Assembly: GCA_051294905.1 (NCBI GenBank)
Contig: CM119374.1
Location: forward strand, 8,432,001-8,496,000
Reading direction: 5' to 3'
From: Botryllus schlosseri
Taxonomy: Eukaryota
DNA: 64,000 nt
The position numbers and the translations under genes are program-made. Under the pieces are notes generated by a model that was given only the letters and a program-made list of their open reading frames with translations, ran no database searches and was not told the DNA's origin. Of the stretch, positions 36,100 to 48,670 are shown piece after piece (the first letter of the stretch is position 1; every line of letters begins with the position of its first letter).

Positions 36100-37150
36100 T
36101 TGCGGAAAGTGATAAGAGAGTCAGCGAAATATGAATTGGGAAGTAAAATTCTCGACATAAACAAGAGGCTATACTCCAATTCCTTACCGCATAGACATAA
36201 ATGCACTGAAGAATGGAATAGCATATTAACAACAGTCCAATCAATGAATTGGACTGAAGAACAATGGATAGAAGCTACACACAAAAAGACCTATCAAGAA
36301 TTGAAAAAACAAAATGAATCTCCGACCACAATCCCTTTATAAAATGGACGAGCCGTTAATTGGAAAAAAGTACAAGAAAGTAACGGAAGTAGAAACGTGA
36401 TTAAGAACAAAGAAAGAGTGAACAACATTAGAATTGCAACGAGAGGGTACTTCTTTGGTGAAGACAAGAGGAGATTATGCCTACTCGACATAGGGATACA
36501 GAACAGAGTGAATATGAACTGTAAATTTTGTAATATCAGACAAGATAATATAAAGCACATAATTCTATCATGTCCGTTCACACAAAAAAATTTTCAAAAC
36601 TTTAGAAGACTCATTCAAACTCAAAATTTAACTTTAGATAACATCATGTATAATGAGGACCTAAAAGATAAAAATGATTGGACTATAATAAGCATTATAA
36701 AAATGGAACTAATTAAAACTAAATTAGGCCTTGATAAATGCAATCAATCCATATTGTCGAGTAAAACGACAGAAAAAATCCTCACACAGAAAATACTAAA
36801 AAGCTAATAAAAAGAATAAGAAAATTTGTGAATTCAAAAGAAGAGCAACTATTCAAAAACGAGTTGTGCTTCTTGCAAGAGGAGCGCATCTGAATTTTTT
36901 CAATAAGGAAAAAAGACAAGGTCTCATCAATATCGATGAAGCGAAGAAGGACTTGGGCGAATGACGACAAACGGAGACGAAAGGAGGACGAGAACGATGA
37001 ACAAACAAGAAAGAAGACAAGGACGACGAAAGAATGACGAACGACAGCGACGAATCGAAAGAACGGAACGGAGGAAGAAAGGCCACCCGAAGAGAAACGG
37101 AGAAACCTTTTGTGAATTGATTGTGAATTTGAATGTATGTTACAAATACA
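36100..37150 (+). mobile_element. 5'-truncated fragment of a second, diverged Tx1 family
   Basis: ORFs 36100-36342 and 36397-36807 are in the same frame with one TAA between them. They align by eye with the C-terminus of the ORF2 above (AKYELGSKI vs AIYEVGTKI; CKFCNIRQDNIKHIILSC vs CKFCNSSNDCAKHIFTEC). A purine-rich 3' UTR follows. The right boundary is approximate. Confidence 0.8.
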
Positions 37151-37934
37151 GAAATTTTCATGCAATGTCGCTCATTTTTGGATACAAGGAGTACAGATTT
37201 TTTCTTCTTCTACAATTTGATTCTCGCAATACATATTTTCTGTCAATTTCATGCATTTTATTTTGACTACATTTGGGTTCGCCGTGGCAGCCCGTAAAAA
37301 AAATTCAACAAAAATATGTGCATTTTCCATTATGTTGATATTTTGCCGAAATAAAATATTACAAACAAAAAAATTGTATCATAAAAACCAAATCCGTGCG
37401 ATTGGGGCGTTGGCTACTGCTGTATACCTTGTTAGTGGGGTAATATCTGTAGCAAGTATAGAAATCCGTTTCACACTGTGCTCAATATCAACGTAGCAAT
37501 ACTCAGACGTCGAATACATTGTCCGGTCTGGCCTAGACCGTTAAGACGCAAGCATATATTCCCTTGCAAGTACTTGTGGAAATTGTTGGCAAAGCGACGG
37601 ATGGGATTAATATATAATTTGATTGTCCCAAATATGTATTTCAGCATTGTGGCATTATGTGGCCCGAGTTGTCGCTAGGTATCGTGTAGTGTACATTAAT
37701 ATAGGCTATCATTTCACTGAGATGTAGGGTCGGAATTAGCAAAATGACGTAATGATGTTCACGTTCGCGTTCACTCGAACCTGAGCTTTTCAGAGGTTCA
37801 CACCATCCCTGCTTGATAATAAAGTATTCCAACGAGAAGCAATGGCACGAGGCAACATTTTTGATTCCGTTGACTGGTCCGGCCCGCGAGCGATTTCATG
37901 ACTTGGATCCAGCCCGCGATGCAATTGGAGATTG

Positions 37935-38394
37935 GCACCCCTGAACTAGGCATTATAAGCCAGGGTTGATGGGATGCATGGAATTGTCTTTCCACCACCA
38001 GTCACAAGAAGAACAACATAATGAAATAACAACACAGACCAAAAGTCAAAATATTTAATGCGATATGGCTGCATTTGTTTATTTACCACTAGCTGGTCGA
38101 TGCGTGGCATACGTTTGCTCACAGCGCATCGAAAGTCATGTATAGCGCAACAAGTCTTTTTCGTTTCTTCGACTTGATAGTCATCAGGGATGAAAATCCT
38201 TGCTCGCATTCCCACGTATAATGGAAAATTAGCAGCTAGGAATAGCGTGAGACGATGTCTTCAAATAACTCAAAATCAACCCCACCTGAACTAATAACTC
38301 CCTTCGGTCGAAAAAAACAGAATCTACTCGCGTACCACCTGGAAGACCTTCGCGTACCACTAGTGGTACGCGTACCACAGGTTGGGAACCACTG
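37935..38394 (-). mobile_element. Third copy of the CAGTGGTTCCC hAT element, without the nested insert
   Basis: Reverse-complement match to 387-716 and 1574 onward. TIR GGTTGGGAACCACTG at 38380-38394. The empty site reads CCAGCTAGTGGTAAAT. Confidence 0.8.
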
Positions 38395-39282
38395 GCGTAA
38401 AAGGCTGCGTAAAAAAACGAAAGAGAAGAGGCTCCTCACGCGACGAGCAAACGAGAGAACAGCAGAGAAAGGAAAGAAACTAAAGAAATACTTTATGCGC
38501 CCTGTACACGCGTACGATTTACGCAAATGTGCATTACGATTAACGCATTACACTTAATCCTACCCGAATGGTAACAGTGTTTACGTTGACCAGGAAAGGA
38601 AATGAAGTTGTATATTTTTGTTATTGCGGCATATACATCGGCTCATGATATACACACACGACCTGTGCATACTGGATATGCATACCGTGAGTGCAGGATG
38701 TGCATATGTGGCTGGACAAGACCTCGACAGACCACGTCATACCTCATCTGATGTTTGACCTTATATTAACCTTAGTTTGTGTATGTTCATCATTCATGGA
38801 TGAATCTTTCAACTACATTGGGATCTGCTATATAAACTGACTTTTCATTTACTGTAAAAATTATTCTGACGGTAAACTCACCCGAAACTCAACAGATAGG
38901 GTACCGGCATGTTGCTATCGATATAGTACCTCGCAGTGTGCTATATATAGTATTCTATAAATACGAACTGCGTAGTATTTGTCCACGCTATTTCACCTCC
39001 ATTCACAATTGTAATCGCTTGTCCTGCATATTTTCGGAGCGTCGCTCCCATCGCCGGTGTTGCCACTAAAAAAGCCGAAAATACATTTTATTTGATGTTT
39101 TGGCTTGGTACCAGTCTGTAAATAACTTCTGAGTACGCATCTTACCGGTTGTTGTTTGATATATTCGCCTATATTTGAAGAAATAATACTTGGATTCACC
39201 ATGTCCTAGGAAAGAACGTGCAGCCATTACGCAATTGATTCTATTGGGAAGTTTGTGGTAATATTCTGCCAATAATTAAATA

Positions 39283-42200
39283 AGAATTAATTAATAATTA
39301 ATTAATTACTTCAACTTAACCTAACTTCTGAACTGACGCATCACTGCTGTTAATGCCTGCGAAACGATCTGGATATATCGCACCTGGACGTACCCGCCGT
39401 GGGACCAAGCGGATGACCCCAGAGGACTCGTCAACTCCGACCACACAGGAACACCAAAGAGAAGATATTTCTCAACATGGCGCCTGTGCAACACCGAACT
39501 GTGGCTCACAAAACAGCTCTGCTGCAAAAGAGAAAAAGAAGAGACACAGATGGAGTAAAGAAGAGTATAAAGAAATAATGAGATGTTACTTCTTAGCCAA
39601 ATTTGAAAACTCGGCAGGAGTAACCGAAGGAACTTTTCAAAAATGGAAAGAGAGAACGAACAACTCTCCAACCATGACTGCCAATACCCTGGCAACAATG
39701 AGACGTTGTGTAATAAAAAATAAAAAATTATCTGAACAAGAACTCGCAGAAATCGAGGGAGAAATGTGTAACAAAAACATAGAAAACTCTGAGGCAATGG
39801 AACTGCAATTCGGCCAAGATGACCTGAACCCACAACAATCACTTGATGACCCGAACATCGCAGAAGTAGAATTACAAAATACCACCGGGCACCCGAATGA
39901 ATCAACAACACCTAACGATGGCGACATAGACACGGAATTAGAATTGGAGATCAAAAATCAAATCATCGACCGCATGAAATCCACATTGAATGTAAATGAC
40001 AGAGTGCAGTTACCTGACTTACAAATTACAAAGAAACTGAAAACTGATATTGCAGTAGCGAACAAAATTTTGACAGAAACCATACTACCTGCAACTCTAA
40101 ATGACAAACAAGGAGAAAGACCACAATGTCCCTTGACAACAATCAACAACCTCATTTACAGCACTGCGGCAGTTATCTCAGAAAGGCACTGCAAAATACC
40201 AAGAACTGTCAACAAAAAAAGGGGAAGGCATACGCCAGCTTGGCAACGCAGAATTGAAAACAAAATCGCAAAACTAAGGTGTGACGTTGCGATACTCTCA
40301 GAACTAAAAAAAGGAAATGTTTCCCGCAAAGTAAAAAATAAAGTAAAAAGAATAGAACTGGAGCACCAAACCAAACTGCAGTCAACAGAAAAAGTGACAA
40401 TGTTGCAAGAAGAATTAAAAATGAAAATATGCACCAAAGCACAACGATTGAAACGATATAAAAAACGAGAAACACAATATCGCCAAAATTTGTTATTTGC
40501 TCGCAAACCTGGACAATTTTTTCGAATGATGAAACAAAAGTCAAATCAAAAAATTACCAGCAGCAAAATACCAGCCACTGCAGATGTGGAATCATTTTGG
40601 AAGAAATTATGGGAAACCAAAAAATTGCACAACTCAAATGCAAATTGGATACAAGACCTCCACACTGACCATCTACAAACACCAGAACAACAATGGTCAG
40701 AAATCACAAAACAAGAAATCAAGGAGGCCCTAAAGAGTTCACTGAACTGGAAAGCAGCTGGTCCTGACCAGATCAAAAACTTTTGGCTAAAAAAACTAAC
40801 TGCAACACATAATTACCTAGCGGTGACCTACAATGAGCTTTTATCCTCAACCAGCTCGCACGAGATCCCAGCCTGGTTCACACAAGGGATCACCTATCTT
40901 ATTCCAAAAAATGAAAACACCAGGGACCCCAAGAACTACAGGCCAATATAACATGCCTGACAACCATGTACAAAACACTGACCAAAATCCTGGCAAAACG
41001 AAGCTACAAACACCTAGAAAATCTTCTACCGCCTGAGCAGAAAGGATGCAAGGAAGGCGCCCTTGGCTTTAAGGACCACCTGCTCCTTGACAAAACCATT
41101 CTTGAAAACTGCAAGAGGAGACACACTAACCTCAGCATGGCATGGATAGATTACAAAAAAGCTTTCGATTCAGTCCCTCACACGTGGATACTGAAAACAA
41201 TGCGTATGTACAAAATGAATCCGATCATCATCAGATTTATTGAAAATTCAATGAAAAATTGGCATACCAAACTGTTGATCAAACATGACCAAGGCGAAAC
41301 AGAAACCTGTACAATTCAGATATGCAATGGTATCTTCCAAGGCGACTCATTCTCACCACTTCTATTCTGCCTCAGCTTAGCTCCACTCAGTGAGTTGCTG
41401 AGAAAAAATGAAACAGGATACGTGATGAAAAAAGCAGCAAACTCTGAAGGTCAAAAGATTCATCACCTTTTGTTCATGGATGATCTGAAACTGTATGCGA
41501 AATCCGACACGGACCTGAATAACCAAATGAAAATTGTTCATGAGTTTTCGGAAGATATAAAAATGAAATTTGGCTTGGATAAATGCTCAAAACTTACCAT
41601 ACGACGCGGAAGAGCCACCAGCACTCGCGACATGAACTTCAAAATGGACGAAACCATAACAGAATTGAATGCCGAAGATCACTATAAATATCTAGGGATC
41701 TGTGAAAGCGACAACATTAAACATGCTGCAATGAAATCAAGTCTAAAAAAAGAATACATTAGCAGGCTCAAGTCAATTCTCAAAACTGAACTCAATTCCA
41801 AAAACAAAATCAATGCCATAAACAGTCTTGCAGTGCCTGTCTTGAGATATAGCTTTGGTGTGGTGAACTGGCGTAAAGATGAAATTAAAAAATTGGACAC
41901 AAAGACGAGAAAACTGATGACAATGCACCACATGCATCACCCAAAATCTGATACACAAAGACTGTACATCCCCAGAAAAAAATGTGGTCGAGGACTACAA
42001 GAAATTGAACAAACCTTCAAAACAGAAATCATCGGCTTGTCACAGTACATCAACAACAGCGATAACATTTACTGCAAACTCATTGCACAGGAAGACAAAC
42101 AGCGCAAAACAAAATCTCTGAGCTATCGTCACGACAAGTACGCCAGAGAAGTCAACTTGGAAACAGCTAACCTGTACACTGCAGAAAACACTGTTGCTAA

Positions 42201-43426
42201 ACCCACAACAATAGCAAAAGCAGCACGAGTCCGATACAAAAATGCAACGCTGAAAATGAGAGAAACGATATGGGAGTCGATGCCTCTTCATGGACAGCAC
42301 AAGAAGTTAACTTCACAGCCCCATGTAGACGAGCTTTCATGGACCTGGCTATCCAGCTCTGGCCTGAAACCGGCAAGCGAAGGATTCATTTTCGCAGCAC
42401 AAGACCAATCGCTTCCTACAAAATACTATCGCAAAAGAATTCTGAAGCAAAACACGGACGGCAAATGCAGAATGTGCCACAACCAAAATGAAACTGTAGC
42501 ACATCTCATGTCCGGCTGTGGTGCACTTGCAGCTACCGAATACACATGGAGACACAATAGGATTGGTCACTACATTCATCTTGAATTATGCAAACATTTC
42601 AACATCACCACTTCGACAAAAAATTGGTACGATTACAGCCCAGCACCAGTGACAGAAAACGAACAAGTAAAAATTCTGTGGGATGTACCAGTTATAACTG
42701 ACCGCGAAATCAGGAGCAACCGCCCGGATATAATCGTCAAACTAAAAAAGAAAAGAGAATGCTTATTCATTGAACTGGCTGTCCCAGCTGATCACAACCT
42801 ACTGCAAAAAGAATCAGAAAAATACTCCAAATACGCAGACCTCAAAATGGAATGTGAGAAAATGTGGCGATGCAAAATAAACATTGTACCGATAGTCATT
42901 GGTGCTACAGGGGTCGTGAGCAAAAAACTCATGAGACATATCCAACAAATTCCGGGTAACGTTCGATTCGACATGATCCAAAAGATCACATTATTGGGCA
43001 CTGTGCACATTCTTCGGAAGGCCTTGAATGCACCACTGGACTAAAATTACGCTGGTGAATCACAGCATAATTTCTGTAATTTCGATTCTTCATCTTCAAT
43101 CATCTCTACCTCTGCTCTGTAACCCTTGCCAATTCTTCATCTGCTGCAATTCTGTAATCTGACTTCTCCGTGTATTGCATAGGAATAACAATTTGAATGT
43201 ATTACTGAAATTTTAAAAATTTACTCCAATCTCGCCATTTTCCTTTGGGGGCAGGTTGCTCCCCGGATTATGTGTGTATCTACCAGTTTTACTGTGAATA
43301 TAGAATATAATAATAATAATAATAATAATTTTAAAAATTTACTCCAATCTCGCCATTTTCCTTTGGGGGCAGGTTGCTCCCCGGATTATGTGTGTATCTA
43401 CCAGTTTTACTGTGAATAAAGAGAAT
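39283..43426 (+). mobile_element. Full-length R4/Dong-clade non-LTR retrotransposon (restriction-like endonuclease)
   Basis: 12-bp TSD AATAATTAAATA (39271-39282, 43427-43438). (TAA)n tail. One long ORF. Confidence 0.88.
39353..43044 (+). pseudogene. R4/Dong polyprotein (Myb-like N-terminus, RT, CCHC, REL), one 2-bp frameshift near 40950
   Basis: RHRWSKEEYKEIMRCY, WKAAGPD, YRPI/TCLTTMYK, WIDYKKAFDSVPH, GIFQGDSFSP, LFMDDLKL, CRMCHNQNETVAHLMSGC, RHN, NRPDII, IELAVP, KYSKY. Confidence 0.92.
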
Positions 43427-45030
43427 AATAATTAAATACGCGATTACTTTAATTTATTTGCAACTTAAAACGCTACCGGAGTTTTCTCTGTTGGCTCCTG
43501 TTATTGTGACATCGACAAATAATTTAGAAGTAAGCAGTTACAATTAACTTAGGGTTACCATATTTCAGTGACCCAAATCCCGGACACTCTTTAGCGCCCA
43601 CTAGTGGATTTCAAAAAGAGTTATGGACATTTCGTCTGCCAATATGACGTCACACTAGCAAAGCTTTGCTTATAGACCTGTGGTGACCAGGATCCGGCTC
43701 AAGAGTTGTATGTATCTGTGTGTTGTGTCACCGTGACCGAAACCGCATTTTTCAGTCCCGTCCCGCCCAAATAAACAATGATGTTGGGCCGACCATAGGG
43801 TAATCGATTAAACTTCTGGGAGGTGGGGTTTGCTATATGCCATAGGTCCCTTTTTTGGGGGGTTTTGAAAATATTCTCCGAGGACGCCTAAATGTCCTTT
43901 TTTTGAGATTTTGTCGTCTTTTTTAGGAATTTTGACCGAAATTCCACTGAGATGCCGTAAATCAGCACCGAAGTGACGCTCCGGCGGGTATTTCGGGAGC
44001 TAGTTAAAAGTTGACCTTTTTTTAACTTTGAAAATGTGTCTTCATTTCCCGATTCCCAAATATGGTAATCCTGGTGGTAGTTCCCATATTAAAATCAATT
44101 AATGTGATAGTAAATCGCGCGCAGCGCGAAGAAAAATATCATGTAGCATAAATATTCCTAAAAATAATGTTTATATGTTGATTTACGAAAAAATTATGAG
44201 CTTACGTCAAGCCTTCAAAATTCCGGACATTTATGCATATTGTAGAAATTCCTCCCGGACGCAAGTTAGAACAGTGAAATCCCGGACATCTCCGAAAAAT
44301 TCCGGACGTACGGCAACCCTAAATTAACTACAGTTGATCACAAAAATAGCTACTTGCTATATTACATCATCTTTTTCGAAAAAAAAGAAGAAACTGAACA
44401 TGATAATATGTACAATTGCACAACAATAATAGTTGAGAATTACGATAAATTTTGAGGCACTTTCATTACTATACATGACAAATTTTGAATAGCAGGCTAA
44501 TAGTAGTAGATGTTTTGGTCCGCTGTTTCATCACCACAACGGTAACGTTCAAGATGAAATACTTTACCTTCTATTAGTGTCTACGTCGAGGTAGTAATTA
44601 TTCATCTTTTCCTGATAACCAAAGGTAGCCTCGCCTAATAAAAACATGGAAAATGCATGAATTTGGAAAATGATACTATTTTTGCAAACCAACCAGTCCT
44701 CTTACTAACGCAAATCAACAGCTTATTGCCCCGGGTTATGCGAGTAAAGGTCCTTACAGGCGGATTCTAAATATGGGCTAGTTGCGATACTATCGGCAAC
44801 TGAAGTTACAGATATGCAATTCCTTTCATTTTTTAGCATTTTTGGTGCACTTTATCGTCATGTTCAGTTCAGTCTAATTATACCCGGTTCACGTTGTGTT
44901 CATACATGCCAAAGCTATATAAATGCGAACAGTCCATGAATGTAGCATATTCGTTTTTTGCTTGCGTGACGAAAGGAGCAACGACGAATAAAATACGATT
45001 ACAACGCGGCACAAACCTTCACAAGCGAAT

Positions 45031-47416
45031 ATGATTCTCATCCGTCTGGCTGTTTTGTGCGGATTGGTTGTGATCGGTAAGTTATCACACGTTTTACAAA
45101 TCAGAGTTACACTACTTTATATCTCATTATGTTTACAGCTATGTCTGACGGACGCAAAATGCAGAAACCTGATGGCAAAGGTGACGGTAAAATGAGCGGC
45201 CCAGGTCGATCTGGTGGTTATCGAAACTCCGGAATGGGGCATCGGAGAGGAGGTGGAACCGGTGAGAGAAATATGCAATACATAACACTGACAACTTTAT
45301 ATATCCTCCATATACCTTCATTGTCGATGGTTCGCTGTCTGGAACAGTGGTTCTCAACCTTATTAACATCGCGGTCCGGTAAAATTTCAAGAAATATTTG
45401 GCGCACTGGTGGACCTGCAAAAATTGATATCAGCCCAAAATTTGAAGTATACAGTCGTTTCCTTGCAATTATGATACTAGAGCATTGGTTCCAAAACTTT
45501 TTCGGTTACTGGCACACCAGAAAATTTAGAAAACACTTGCGGCACACTTGTACAAAAATTTCTCTTTGAAAAAAATACGTAAGGGTGAGATTGCTATATG
45601 CTTATTTATGGGAGCATATACGACTGAACAACGAGTAAAACGAGGCTGTATTTTTGACAAACAGACCTGCATCTAGTCCACGATTTCGAACAGTCTCTAT
45701 CGTGCACAGCTTCTAATTCTAGCCAAAACAAAGAAATCCTGTCATTGAGATGCACATGGCAATTAAATTCGGGTAGCTTTTTCGCCCATGGTAGAGGATT
45801 CGATAGGAGACCGCCGTAACGCATCCATTTTTTGTGAAAACTACGTTTTAACAACGAGGCGTTTTGTAAATCAATGAGCTGTGCTTTTGCAGCAAGATTG
45901 ATTGCTCCATTGCGTCCAACTGGACTACTACCCGTCTAATGTTGTGCACAAAAAATCCGGAGAAGTAATAAGCCTATTGCATTGAAAGTTGAAGTCCGGG
46001 CGGTGTGCGAACGTTTTGCCGAGTAATTTGTTGTTTATTAGTTGATTAATTAGGAGCTTATAACGAATTAAAGACTTCCTTCGACCCTTGACAGCCTAAT
46101 TACAATATTAGCAAATACACAACTCGTCCTCAATACCTGATTGGTTCCATCGAATAATATTCCTCTTTTCGATAATATCGAATGAAGAGACGTTTCGGAG
46201 TCAGACCAAGCACCTTGTCATGCTACCATGCTCATTATCCACTGCCACCAGACGTACTACGAATACAATGCGACGCACGAAAACACCTGTCAACAGCAAC
46301 ACTTGATCATCCACAAAATGAATGAATCGAAACGAATGATTGTGCGAACTGCATGGTTCAGCTAGTCAGCTCGTACGTGTCGCTCGCATATCATCACCGG
46401 AGACGGCTTGAACTTCAAGTCAAATCGAACATGTTTCCAGGCCTAATGTTATCACACTATGTTGTGAATCATTTTAAAATTTGAGGCTTCATTTATTTTA
46501 TCAAAGGAAATTAGCCAAGCTTTACATCTTGCATCTTGAAATTTGGCGTAAATTTTTTATATACCTGGCGGACCGGCAGAAAAGACGTCGCAGACCAGCA
46601 CGGGTCCGCGGACCGGCGGTTGAGAACCACTGCTCTAGAAGACCCAAACAAAGCGGACTGACTAATATATTTGAAATTGAATTTCAGGGACGCAGAGACG
46701 GCCAGGACCAGGTCGTGGATACAACGACGACGACGATGATGACAATGATAGTCGACGCCCAGGTCCATTCCGTCGATTCCCTAATTACGGACAAGGTAAT
46801 CGCCAGCAAGGTGGACAAGGTGAATTTAAGATCTTGCTGATGTTTACATTACAATAGCGCACATGTGTGGTCGAAAGAATCATGATATGTAATAATCCGC
46901 AATCAACTAAACCCATTTTTCAGGAGGTCAAAGTGGTCCAGGACAAGGCGGCAGAGGAATGCAGAATCAACAAGGACCTGGCTCATTCGGTAGCCGTCCC
47001 GGTAAATACAGTGTTATTCATCTGTACATTTGTGTCGTCCGTTATTAATTAAACTAACTTTACCAGGAGCTCAAAGTTACCCAGGACAAGGCGATAGAGG
47101 AATGCAGAATCCACAAGGCCCTGGCTCATTTGGGGTTCGCCCCGATAAAGACATATTTATAAATTTGCGCATTTGTGTCGTGGCTAATTAATTTAATTCC
47201 CTTTTACAGGAGGTCAAAGTCGTCCTGGACAAGGTGGAGGAATGCGGAATCGACCAAGCCCTGGCTCCTTTGAGGGTCGTCCCGGTAAATACAATGTTTT
47301 CTATCTGCGTGTTTGCGGTATACGTTATTAGGCAAACCCTTTTTTCAGCAGCTCGAAGCCGCCCAGGACAAGGCGGTAAAGGAATGCACAATGCTGTATC
47401 TTTCACCATTCCATGA
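45031..47416 (+). CDS. Secreted Gly/Gln/Arg/Pro-repeat protein, copy B (199 aa if all exons are used; exon-5 donor mutated). Exons 45031-45076, 45139-45261, 46688-46819, 46924-47001, 47067-47144, 47210-47284, 47349-47416
   Basis: Exon lengths 46+123+132+78+78+75+68 = 600 nt, open to TGA. Signal peptide MILIRLAVLCGLVVIA. Repeats of the form GGQSGPGQGGRGMQNQQGPGSFGSRP. Exon 5 is followed by ATAAAG rather than GTAAAG. Confidence 0.82.
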
Positions 47417-48670
47417 TCAACGGACGAGCAAGCACTATTGCGAAGCTCGCTTACGCATCTTCGAATTTCAATCAAAGCCTTCATCTACGTTCCTGCTCAA
47501 TTTGAAGTTCTTGATTTGTTAGATTGAATAGAAGACCGATACGCAACGTTTTCCGAGTCCACATTAGCAGATTTTAGCTGAGCAGGCGGGATTCGAGGAA
47601 TGGAAAATCAGCACTCATTAGGATCGTATTGTCTCGTCTGAACACACTGTAAATCTAAAAGTTTGAAATTTCTTCCATATGAAGTGGTTCACGTTTTCTC
47701 CCGTATGTGATGGAATGCAAATCAACCCTCTAATAAGGTGGAAATACTTTCCTCTCCATCCCATATAGTGGAAATACTTTCCACCCTAACCTTGCCCTTC
47801 AGTCTCAGCTGCATCATACATCGCTGCGTTATGCAATACCGAAGTATGCAAATCCAATTGAAAACGTACAAATATGGTATCCCATGCATTTTATTAAGCT
47901 GATTCGAACAGCCCTAACTGTAGGGTTACCGTATTTTAGGAATCCGAAAAGTGGACACATATTCATACTTATAATCCGAGAAGTGTGCAATGTGCATTAT
48001 ACATCATCATCTATCTCCAATATGAAGAAAATTGTCGTATCCTTCTCCAAATATGGTCGGTATACCAACACGCCAATCCACCATTTCATCATCTAAAGTA
48101 GGGGTCACCAACGCGGTGCCCGCGAGGACCACATGAACAGCCCGCGAGCATGTTATAAAAAAATAGATGGAATAGCAGCATTTTCCAATATTCATCAGAT
48201 TATTACCTGTGAGCTTTTAAACATATAAATTGATTGACTTAGCTATTCGTGTTTGAATCGCACTAACATGTAACTTACAAATGACATTACATATATATAA
48301 ACACATAAAATGATGATATCAAATATCCTCAATTATAATTAGTGATGTAAGAACATGAAATAGAATGACTAGATTTCGAAGACGTAGGGTACGGCGCACT
48401 GCCTGTACAGGTTACATGACGGAATTCCTTCCATGGTCTTCTTGACATGGCGAGGGGTTCCGTTATGGTAACTCGACGTCCAGGACAATACCAAAGTAGA
48501 AAACAACATTAGTATTTGATAGCAGATAGCCGTGAAGAATAAGCAGATTTTCATTAACTGTATGGCCATTACGTGTTGCATCTTTTGACACAGCTCGTTT
48601 TTCTTACACTCAACGCAGTTTAGTACCATGTTTCTAACTCTCTGTAATCGTTGGTGCTGTCCGGTATAAT

